Below, in pieces: positions 12,395-24,300 of a stretch of 39,680 bases of DNA; the stretch's first letter is position 1, and every line of letters begins with the position of its first letter. A model generated the notes under the pieces. The model did no database searches. It had not been told where the DNA came from and was given only the letters and a program-made list of their open reading frames with translations. The position numbers and the translations under genes were made by a program. The DNA lies in contig JBOZIK010000001.1 of assembly GCA_051453625.1 (NCBI GenBank), positions 20,040,684 through 20,080,363 of the forward strand, given 5' to 3'. The DNA is from Welwitschia mirabilis. Taxonomy: Eukaryota.

Positions 12395-15300
12395 ACAATA
12401 CTGCAAAAATGTTAGATCATGAAAATAATAAATAACTATGCAATCTACTATGCAAGTCACTAAGAGTTTCTAGTTGGTTGTCACCCACCTACTCTCAAAC
12501 TAGGTATCAACACAAATAATTAGTACAGCAACACACAATTTGAGAATCATCAACAGAAAATTTATTTAAGCCAAATATTCATAATAGATGACTTACATTG
12601 AGTGCTTGAACACAAGAGTCTCACCCCAACTAACAACTAAAGGCAAGGCACCTTGTTTCCACTTTCCCCTTCTCAATGGCTCTTTCTCCTTCCCAAATAC
12701 TTTTGTCACATTGTTTAGGAAACCAAGAAGTCCCCTGAGTAATGAGAATCCCCTTGCTTTATAGCTTTTCAAATAAGTTAGGAGGTTGCTAAGTTGGTTA
12801 ACATAGAACCATTGTGATCTGTATATAAGTCACTGGGTGACCTATGACTAGCAACAGTTTCAGCCCGTGATAGTAGAAGGTGTCATTGGGTCGTCTCTAG
12901 GCAATGGTATGTGGTGACAGTTTGAACCTATAACAGTAGAAGATGACGTTGGGTTGTCGTTGGGCAATGATGTTGCTACAGTTTCATTGCTACTTTTATC
13001 GCTAGGCGATTGAAATTAGCAACAGTTTTGTCAGTGCCGAGATTTTTGCATTCTTTGAGTCCAATTGTAAACTTGTAATTTCATAAAACACTCTAAAATT
13101 CCACCATTAATACCTCATATAGGCCTCGTTTTTTATGTCTATCAATAGCAAACCAAAAAAGAACACTATCAAGCATAAACAGACACAAATTTATGTAGTT
13201 TGGGCCTTTTCTACCCGTGTCCATAAAATAGCTGGGAGGCTACACTCAAAATGAGCAAAAGTCTCTCACACTCACCATCCCAACCAGACTAACATCCCCC
13301 ATTTTATAGTAAAGATTAGGATTGAAGCCCTAACAAAATGACTTTACATTGACCACTTGTAATTAATTTTCATAACCCCATATAAACAAGTAATAAAACA
13401 TATGGAGCCCCACATATAAACAGCTATTATTATTTTAAAAAAAAGCAAGAGAGAATCAGGATTTGACAACATTCTAATAATTTCCTAACGAAAAATATTG
13501 ACATGCGTTCCATGAAGAAGAGCAGGTCTGGTTTGAGAAAATCAAGTGCCCCAATATTCCTTGTTCTCAATCAGAAATATTTCCTAAATATTTCAAAGTC
13601 AAGATGTTGGAATAAAGAAACTTCAATATCATAGTTAATTGCATTCCCTGTACATCTTTGTGGTTTGATATTAAAGGTTTTGCTTAATCCGTGTTATTTA
13701 GTAATACCACAGTTTCAAGGATTCAGTAAAAATAACTTCATACTATTTTATAACTAATTCATTCTCAAAAGCCGTCATCTTTGATTTAGTAAGTCAATTA
13801 CCATTTGTGTGATATATAATCTATTAAGTTTTTATTCTTACTCATGCAATTCATACAATTCATTATTGAGTTCTCCTCTTAAAAATTGAGAAGGTGAATT
13901 GTTTGAGAGATTTATTAAATAAAATTTCTCTCTTACCACAATTATTCATTGTTAAATTTTTAACTTATTAGAACTGTTCTCTTATTTTTTATTCAATTCC
14001 CAAATAAAACTTTACAGGGTTAAACTCTTAAAATTGAACAAGAGCCTCATTTGCTTCTGTCAAATATACCGAAACTAAAAGGCATCCACATTCTCACTAA
14101 ACATTTGTTATCATTAATTGCCTCAAAAGTAAATTAGAGTTGACATAGGCAACAATAAAAGTTCAAAGAGTGTACAACATGCCTGATTTCCAGGATGGGA
14201 AATTTTGACTGCTGATTGAACAGGCAACAGTGGTTGTATTGGAGTCCCACGTGGTAAGAATGTTGCAACAGGCTGAACCAATGAGGGGGCAGTTACTCCA
14301 GCAGCATTTATCATATTGTTGTAAGGTAAAACCTTAGCAGCCTGAGAATTTTGCTGCACCACAGGAGCCAATCCAAGACCCCCTGGTAAATTTTGTAAAG
14401 GAGTTCCTGGTGAAATACTGCTTGCAACATAAACAGGACCCTGAACTGCTGAAGGTCCAGATCTAACAAGACCAGAACATGGCGTATAACATTTTGCATT
14501 TGGATTAAGTTTGAATTCCTATAGAAAAGCAATCAGACCCACAGACGTTAGCCAAAAAGGAAAATAGAAGAACCTCCATTTGTTTTTGTGCTTTCAAAAC
14601 TTCAGTTAAGACATGTATGCTTTTTACAAAACAAAATCATTGTATTTCAAATGAAATGTGTGCATTATCTGTTACCTTTGCATTTGGGTTGAGTAAAGAC
14701 TTCTTAGAAGAAGAGAGTGTTTGCTCACACTCAGCGGGTGACTTGGCAGTAGATGAGGCAGAAGGTGATTGGGGCAGAACATTTGGCACCAGTGTCTTGT
14801 CAACCATCATGATTTCTTCTTGTGATGAGGTTTCAGCTGACGATGAAACCATGTCTGATGCAGGCTGATGTGACACTGCAGCTGAAGTAACATAGGACAG
14901 CTAGACATGTAAACATGAATCGCATACATGAAAATGAAAACGGCTATGAACTTTAGTTCAAAAACTAAAGGTTTCTTAATGTCAGCAGTTAAAAAGGATG
15001 CATTTTTCCTTAATCTATTATTGATTTCATTTCTCTAAGAGAAGCAAATAAATGATAGGGAGGTTACTTTCATACAGACTTTTGATATGTGAAGACTGAG
15101 AGTCCCCCTCCTGTTAGTCAAAAAGCAATCAATGAAAAATCAGTAGATTGATAAGAAGAAATGTTCTGCTGAAAAGTAAACTACGCAGGATCGCATCCTA
15201 TGCAACAGGAACAGTAACTAATCATCATGCTTCTGCAGAAAGATGCATCTATGGTCTCACTAGTATTAGTGCTGACATCACCAGGGAATCAATTTTATTG

Positions 15301-18300
15301 AGGCATAGATATAAGTGAATAAGCATGATCATTATTACAGGTTCANNNNNNNNNNACATGATTGTCAATCAAAACACCAAAATACATACATCAAATTGGG
15401 CAAAACAAAAATTTAAAAAAAAAACAAAAATCATGCTAAGTAAGCATAATAGCCAATGTAACAATCAAATATTTATAACTGAGAATGACTTTTTGGTTAC
15501 GTACTGCATAGACTCCAAAGGTTTCAGCTCCATCAACATGGGACGAAGAATGCTTTTCAGAGGAACCATCTTTCACATTTTCATACAAATTTAGATTGCT
15601 CAAATCCCTGTAATAAAAAAGACAGGATGTTGGACAAGGCCAAAAATTTAATATATAGATAACGTTTAAGTTGCAGAAGACACAACTTCTGAAACTAAAC
15701 ATCACATACTTACTTTTTAACATCCTCACTGTTATATGACAGTCCATTCACGTTTACATTTGGAATTGTGCTTTGCTTGTTGGAATCAGATTTACTAATG
15801 ATATTTTCTTCAGGCAACTGCTTGTAAGAAGGTGCTTCCACCTATTAGAGGAATTGAAAATTATTTACTTTTAATGTTGACAGCCACACATCACAAAAGA
15901 AAAAGAACACTAGTAACATTCTCTCATGGAAAGCCTAGAATTAGAGAATGGGAAATAAATTCCTACAGAAATCCCAAAATGTAATGAAGTGTGTCTGATA
16001 GATAGTAATATATGATAGAAAAAAGCTTATACGTTGGTGCTCTGAAACACCCACGAAAAAAAGCAAGGCAGCAGTACCAAATACAAAAGTACAAAAAGAT
16101 AGTATGGAGCAACCCCTCTCTCCCCTAGCTGAAATAAAAGCAGCACAGAGATCTATTAATCACACTGCAGAAAATATAACAGCCAAATTCAACACTGTCT
16201 ACTTATAGGCATAAGTATAGACCCTATAGAGTGGGACAATGTCAAATAGAGAAATCAAATCTTCCTTCTATGCGTTATTCTTCATTTTTAGCATCGGGGC
16301 GGGGGGAACTTTTCATTGCGTGCAGTATCAATGTGAGACTAGGGTCATAAACCTAACAAAAAACTATGTAAGGATGGTTGAGGGTAGAGGGAAGGTATTC
16401 ACATTTTCTACTGACACCCACTGTCATGTTTCACACTGTGCTCAAGCTACAGAAGAGGCATGTATCCTTGCATATCACTGTTTTGATTGATAATGGAGAG
16501 CTCGATAATGTTCCCATAATATTCCCCAAGACTGGGATTTTCCATGTAAATCTAGTGTTCCTTTTTGTCATTGTTTTTACATTTCTGCTGCACAAACTTG
16601 TACAACTGGTATCAAAACACCAGCTTGGCAAGTGATTTCCATGTAAGTCTTGTGAACATCCATACTCCATACAACATTTTTTAGTATATGACAAACAAAC
16701 TCGTTGAAACACAAAACAGGAATGTCTAGGACATTCTGATGAAGCCCTTGTTGGCACAGGATGACTGCACTAAAGCATTTGAAGCAACTAAACCAGCATT
16801 CATGAAGTAAGAAGATTGGACAAATATGCAAGAGAAGGCGCCATCCCATATTCACCCTAGCTTGAGCAATGGCATTTTCCAGTCCATCAAGAACAAAACG
16901 AGACCTTGCGTTCTATGGGAAAAGCTAAATACTAGGTTTGACAAAGCTGCTGCATTGAATACATCTAATGTTTATTTGAAGGTCTTTACAGAGAAGATGA
17001 AGGAAGCGAAGGATTTAGTTATACATCCCATGTAACGGAAGACCTTTTAGCAGTCTTAAACCACCTATAGCTTCTCCTAACATGAAAGGGTAAAGGCAGT
17101 GCAGCAATTGATGGAACTTTGGTTCATATGAAGGCTGTAGGGTTGAGACACTGTGATGCTTGTATTCAAAACCAGGATCTTAGGAACATATATAACAGAG
17201 ATGCCAAAAATTTCTCTCTCAGAGAGCAATGTTGTATGAATTACACCCAGTTTATGGGTTCATTCTAGCAAAGACTTGAACACATCACCTAACTTGGCTT
17301 AGCAAAAAAGTTGTTATTCAGCTTGACTTGAGAGCCAGCTTAGCTAAAAACCTGGAAGTCAAAAAGAGGGTCTAAGAAGTCTCATTTTTAAGCATTTCAA
17401 ATGCCATTTTAAGTATTTTAGTAACGTTTTTGGACTTCCTACACTACATTAAACTCTTCAAATGTAAAATATAAGAAGCACTAACATGTTTACAGAATAG
17501 CATTGTAAATAGGAAGCATAGGTAACATTTTTATAATATTCATTGTTAAAAATTTTTAACATAAAACAGTTAGAACAACTAAACTATCGAAAACAATTAA
17601 ACAAACCATAAGAGCAATCGACCATGAGGTAAAAACTATCAAAACCATCACATTAAACATTAAAAGAGAAAACATGTTCTTTTTTTACAAACTGGTTTAT
17701 GTCGAAGAAGACAAAACTAAAACTCTTCAAAAACAACTAATTTATACTAATGAAAAAAGAATAAAATAGCATTAAAAAACAAGAAAAGAAGTAATGTCAT
17801 GCAAATAGTTTTGATATGTGAAGCCCAACTTGTATTTTTAATGTTATCACATTATATTTTAACATTGATCCCCTTTGTAATGTTGTAAAAGGGAAGTTAG
17901 GTTGTTGACTCCGTTGGGGCACTTTATTTTCGAAGAAAATAATACAAGGGTAAAAAAGGGGAAAGGAAAAAGTAAGTTAGCTTGAAACCCTAAACCTCTT
18001 TAAAGGCTGGTACAAGGTTGTTTTGGAACTCTTCATTCTGATTTTGTTCCTTCAGGAAAATAAGAGCTCTACACTACCTTCCCATGGTTTTTCCCATTAG
18101 GGTTTCCACATAAATCCCTGTGTGTTCTTTCTTTTGCTTGCTGTTATATTTTCTTTAGCACATTCTTGCTTGATCAATTCATAATAAATTGAGCAAGGCT
18201 AATCTATAAAACACCTTTAAAGTGGCACTATTTGGAGGGCACAAGGACTTAAAACTTTACAAATATTCTCACTAGATGCAAAAAAGAATTTACGTGTGTT

Positions 18301-21300
18301 GGAAGTTGGCAAAAAGGGTTTCTTATATCCTCAAATTGTGATGGGGCTCATCAAAATTAACATAAAGATAATATCTTTTTCCTTTTTAATTTTTAACAAC
18401 CACTAATCAGTGTTGACTTGCCCAGATTCTCCAAGACCCACAAGCTCACAAGTTTTCAGAAAACTCGTGAATCTTCATAGCAAACTCATACTTGAAGAGT
18501 TTCATCATTAGAGACTTATCATCAAGGGGGACAAAAATCACAACTCAGAGAATACTCGCCGACTCGTGAAGAGTCTTGCCACAACAGATGGAATTGTGTG
18601 CCATTCAAGAATTTCATGCCATTTCGATTAATACCCTCTACTCATTAGTCTCCCACTCTAGTATCTACCAAAAGTTCTTCCCTATTTGTTATTTCTGTTG
18701 CCAGTTAAAGGTACCTCACATTTGCACAACAACAGCACGTATAAACGCATCACTGTTTAAACTGGCGGCGATAAGTCGCAATCTAGGCGACTAGTCGCCA
18801 CCAGTTTCTGAGAACGATTGAGAATTAGTCGTTTGAAGAGGCATGGGCGGTTTTCGGCGATTAGTCGCCGACTGTTGGAATGGCGACAAATCGCCGTCAG
18901 AATAAAAAAAAAAGGCAAAAAGTCGGGGCGATGCCTGGTTAAAACTCGCGAATCTGCGTGACTTTTGTTCTATTATTTGGTGCAATACGTGTAAGGAACC
19001 CCGAACCCGCGTTACCTGTTTCTTGGCGCGAACGAACGTGCAAGGAGCCGAGGTGCGACTACGGGGAAAAACAACAGAGCATAGCTTTCGAAGTTCAAAC
19101 TGACGTGCGCACAGCAGACGAAGCACACCTACGGGAGCACAGCAGACGGAGCACAGCAGACGAAGCACCCCTACAGGAGCGCAGCAGACGAAACACAGCA
19201 GACAGAGCATAACAGACGAAGCACACCTGAGGTTTGATCAAACACACGTCCACACCTACGGGAGTGCAGAGGAGCACAACCTAAGGTCGATTTTGCATCA
19301 TTTTCTCCCCTATTCATCTTTATTGAAGTTCTTACATTCTAAGGTTGAGAGTTGAGACTTGAGAGTTGAGACAAAATATGCATTCTGTACTACCAGACAG
19401 TTTGATTTCAATATGACACTCAAGTGTCAAGGTGTAAGGCAGAAAATGAGAAAATACAATTACTCCAGTGACTTAATTTTGTGATTATTCAAATAGCTGA
19501 ATGCATTGGATTATGCCAATTTGAAATTTTAAATATGTATGACTAACACTAGAAGAAACAACTTAACATCTTTAGAGTTTAATTTAAAGTTTAAACCTTT
19601 GTGCAATGTTAGTAAGCATTTAGGGCTTAGCTTAACAAAAGCAAGATGGTATCAAACTGAGTGGAAAACCTTTGTGTAATGTTGATGAAGTTAAGAAATT
19701 AAAGTGGTTATGGGGTTGAAGGGGTTGATTGCTTAGGTGAGGAGAGGACTAGAGTGAGTTGAGGTTGAACCATTGAAGTTCATGTATTACACTCAATTAT
19801 TTTAAAAATCAAATCCACTTACATTCTTTCACTCTACTAGTGTTCGATTTAAATACTTTATAGGCTTTTTTTTACTAAACATCCAAGAAATATGCATTTT
19901 ACAAATTCTAACATAAATTTCTTTTTTTTTTTTTTTTACATCCTTTAGGAATTAGGATATAGCATTCACTCCCAAAATACTATACATTAGGCCTTTTTCT
20001 TTTTCATAGTACATCAAGCATCTTAGTCATGAACTCATGATTGATTTAAGAAAGCATGGTTGGAGATTTAGCCAATATGTTTTGGCTATATCAGTTTTTA
20101 CTTTTTAATAACATTTTCCTAGTCATCTTTAAATGCTAAATAAACCATTTTTATAATCCTAAATAGACTTTNNNNNNNNNNNNNNNNNNNNNNNNNNNNN
20201 NNNNNNNNNNNNNNNNNNNNNNNNNNNNNNNNNNNNNNNNNNNNNNNNNNNNNNNNNNNNNNNNNNNNNNNNNNNNNNNNNNNNNNNNNNNNNNNNNNNN
20301 NNNNNNNNNNNNNNNNNNNNNNNNNNNNNNNNNNNNNNNNNNNNNNNNNNNNNNNNNNNNNNNNNNNNNNNNNNNNNNNNNNNNNNNNNNNNNNNNNNNN
20401 NNNNNNNNNNNNNNNNNNNNNNNNNNNNNNNNNNNNNNNNNNNNNNNNNNNNNNNNNNNNNNNNNNNNNNNNNNNNNNNNNNNNNNNNNNNNNNNNNNNN
20501 NNNNNNNNNNNNNNNNNNNNNNNNNNNNNNNNNNNNNNNNNNNNNNNNNNNNNNNNNNNNNNNNNNNNNNNNNNNNNNNNNNNNNNNNNNNNNNNNNNNN
20601 NNNNNNNNNNNNNNNNNNNNNNNNNNNNNNNNNNNNNNNNNNNNNNNNNNNNNNNNNNNNNNNNNNNNNNNNNNNNNNNNNNNNNNNNNNNNNNNNNNNN
20701 NNNNNNNNNNNNNNNNNNNNNNNNNNNNNNNNNNNNNNNNNNNNNNNNNNNNNNNNNNNNNNNNNNNNNNNNNNNNNNNNNNNNNNNNNNNNNNNNNNNN
20801 NNNNNNNNNNNNNNNNNNNNNNNNNNNNNNNNNNNNNNNNNNNNNNNNNNNNNNNNNNNNNNNNNNNNNNNNNNNNNNNNNNNNNNNNNNNNNNNNNNNN
20901 NNNNNNNNNNNNNNNNNNNNNNNNNNNNNNNNNNNNNNNNNNNNNNNNNNNNNNNNNNNNNNNNNNNNNNNNNNNNNNNNNNNNNNNNNNNNNNNNNNNN
21001 NNNNNNNNNNNNNNNNNNNNNNNNNNNNNNNNACCTGGTCATGACGTTGTGCCTTGTCCTAACTTACCCAGCATTTCTGTGATGGAGGAAATGCGTACAT
21101 TTTTAAATCATAGAGAGGAGCAAAAGAAAAACAAGGCAAGGCTTGTAAATCTTCTAGCACAAAGGCAAATGAACAGAGTTGGCTCTGGTTCTGCAACTAA
21201 GCATAGAGCTTCTATGTCCAGAGTTAAAAAGAGAATAATTGATAGTTGGGAGCGTATGAGGGCTCATGCTTCTTCTTCCCCTCCTGATGTGGATGGCGCT

Positions 21301-24300
21301 GCTGAGGCCCAGCATGAGAGTGGTACTCATGCTCCACTTTCTAGTCCCACAGTTGGCTCATCTTCTCAAGGATTAGAGTCTTATTATTGACCCATTCGAG
21401 GCAGACTTGTTGATTTGATGCCTCCACGTCATGGTCCTCATACTCAACAGACAATTGAGACAAGTATGCATGCTAAGGAGGATGTGGTCAAGAAAGCACG
21501 CAAAATACTTACATAATTTTGGTATTCACAGGGCTTGCCATTACAATTTCAAAGCTCCCACTTACACAGAGATACGGACATCCATGCTAGATGATGTCAA
21601 ATATGATATTGAAGACATGATGACCCAACATAAAGAGGTTTGGAACAAATCGGGATGTAGCATTCTCACAAATGGTTGGAGTGATAGACGGGATAGAAAT
21701 CTCATTAATTTTTTGGTAGCATCATCTTCAGAAACAATGTTTTTGAAATCTATTGATGCATCAGACAACATAAGAAATGCTAAGTTCTTGTTTGAAGAGT
21801 TCAAAAAAGTGATTGAAGAAGTAGGACCTAGCAAGGTTGTCCAAGTAAATAGTTCCAGTTTAATTTATTGAAATTCATTCTCTCCTTCTAAATACAATGA
21901 TGTAGTCTTGTACTCTTGTACTTAGCCTTATTTATTTTGTATTGTGTAGGTTGTTACAGATAATGGATCTNNNNNNNNNNNNNNNNNNNNNNNNNNNNNN
22001 NNNNNNNNNNNNNNNNNNNNNNNNNNNNNNNNNNNNNNNNNNNNNNNNNNNNNNNNNNNNNNNNNNNNNNTAAGAGTCATAATGCATTTAAAAAATGGTC
22101 ATTTAGAACTTCTAATCACATTATTAAAGGGTTACATATATCCAAAATGTGATCCATAATGTCTTACATTGTTGAAATTCAAGAAAAGTGATTTTTTAAT
22201 GCTTTTTTAATGCCGACTTTTTTAGCCAACTTTTTTGCCGACTAGTCTCCTAGTCGACGACCCGACTTTTTACTTTCGCCGACTTTCTACTTTCGCCGGC
22301 TTTTTAATCATTGTAAAGTACTAAAAACTTTGAATAATCATTACCATGAATTCTCAATTATGACAAAGTTCATTTGCTTGTAAACCTCTTGGTAGATGAT
22401 GTCTGCATCCCAAATATTTCAAGCATTTTAAGTGCATGACTTACATTTTAGAAACAGGTAGCACCAAAACATTAACTCAAAGATATAAATTTGATATAGA
22501 TGGATTTGGAAATCTTTTCTTGATTGCAGCCTACTTTCATAAAGTTACAAAAATATCACTAATGCAGTTATCATCCATAGCTACATGGGATAACCCTTTA
22601 GCCCACATGTGCAAATTACTAGTTCTAAAACCTGCACACAACACGATAACCTCTTGAATTGCAAAAAGATAATGTATTCACTACTTTGTATATAGCAAAC
22701 ATAAAAAGTAATAACCATAGCTATGACAGTGTCAGAATATTATTTATATGATAAAAGTGATAAGAAGATCAAACTTGCTGTTCTATATAAAAAGAGCATA
22801 CCACTGAAGAATTCGTTGGCTCAGTGAATTTGTTTTCAATTTCACTTTCAGGGAGAGTGTGTGTTTGGCAAGTAGAATCACTCCCAAAAGTCTGTTCATT
22901 GTAATCATCAATGCATGTGTCTTCATTATCTTCACCTATGTCTTCTACACGGATAACAGACGAAAACCTACTTTCCTCGTCATATTGATCAGGTCCATTT
23001 CCAAAGCAAATACCCCTTTCCTATCAAAGACAATCAAAAACTTTTGGAAAAGTATCCTTGTGGGCTGATAAAAAAGTAGCCATGAATAAAGTGAAAAGTC
23101 AACAAAATCATCATGGTTTATGCCTGAGAACTGCTGAATAAATAATGCACTGATATTGATGAATTTTAGATAATAAGTGGCAAGAGAAACAGGCCAAATA
23201 ACCATAACTTGCCTCAGCTAAATGAAAATTTCCACAGGCTTCTTCTTCAATTTCCCTCGCTATTTGTGAAGCTTTGAGTTCAAGTTCTTTTGTTTGTGGC
23301 CCCTTTTCAAGTTTTGTAGTATATAGCTCCTCATCAAATGTGCTTTCTATACCAAACAGAGACTTATTTGTTTCAAACTGGTCCCAGTATCTGCATGAAC
23401 TAGGCAAAAAACAAATCATCACTCATTGCATTGCAACCCTAACACAAAAACATATATCCAAAAAGTCGTAAAGCTATGGAAAGACATAGCCTTTTTGCTA
23501 AGAAGTTGCAACTTGCAAGGAATTAAGAATACATGATGAAATAAAGAATATATGCAAGGAATGTGTAACAAGGAGAACAAGAAGAAGAGAGCAAGGAAGT
23601 AGTATTCCATGAGAAGGGTCAAATATCCACACAGCAAACATTAGTATTCTTGGATTACATTTGATATGTGTGGCACTGGTTTTTGAAGTCATTTAATGCA
23701 AAACATTCAACAGGTACTGTTACAATACATATTCCTTATAGATAGAGGTGAAAACAATGAATCACCTCAGTTTATTGCCTTCCCAACGAAGACCAAAATA
23801 AAAGATACTTTTCCTCACTAAATTTTTATTCTTTTTGCTTTGATGAATTTCTTTAGATTCCTCATCTTCCTGCTTTACCTACTGATTATCTAGGCATTAT
23901 ACTATTTACATGTTGTTGCTGTTTATAACTTTAATGTGTCAGGATTTACACTTCCCTGCATACCAGGCACTAGACTGCATGTATATTCAATGTAACCCTA
24001 CATGCCATGCATACAGTATCTACATAAAGAAGAATAACTTTTTACCAGCAAGCAAAAAGCCTGATAGCTGAATTCAAGATCCAGAAATTAAGATCTCGAT
24101 AACTTATTATAATATCAATTGAAATAATGACAAAAAGTTTTCTGCACATTAAATTAAGGCCTAAACAGTTAAGAAGTCAAATAAAATCACCTGTTTCGTG
24201 TGTTCTGAAAAGTATTTTCAAGGTCTAAATCTTCTGGAATGTCTTTGTCAGGAGTCCAAGGCTTCAACTCTCTCTGCCCTTCTAGTTGGTGACCATGTGC

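Larger units (their letters stand above)
4558..13144 (-). mobile_element. Athila-like Ty3/gypsy LTR retrotransposon, non-autonomous (gag-protease only), in intron 9
   Basis: Paired LTRs at 4558-6447 and 12273-13144 (TGATGGAG...TCTATCA termini); tRNA-Asp-type PBS; decayed gag and protease; flanks ACAAC/ATAGC as a degenerate TSD. Confidence 0.88.
18751..22313 (+). mobile_element. hAT-family DNA transposon (defective), in intron 5
   Basis: Imperfect TIRs CACTGTTTAAA / TTTAATCATTG; dense subterminal GTCGC/CGACT repeats at both ends; internal transposase remnant. No clear 8-bp TSD. Confidence 0.8.

Noticed and set aside
16431..16800. Possible minus-strand copia gag knuckle/protease remnant (CFKC, WCFDTSCT)
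   Set aside because: Suggestive but too degenerate to call without an HMM search.
18791..19277. GC-rich ORFs of 60-139 aa
   Set aside because: They derive from hAT subterminal and tandem repeats.
18743..22321. 8-bp TSD for the hAT element
   Set aside because: Flanks AAACGCAT and TAAAGTAC match only with an indel plus substitutions, so no TSD is claimed.
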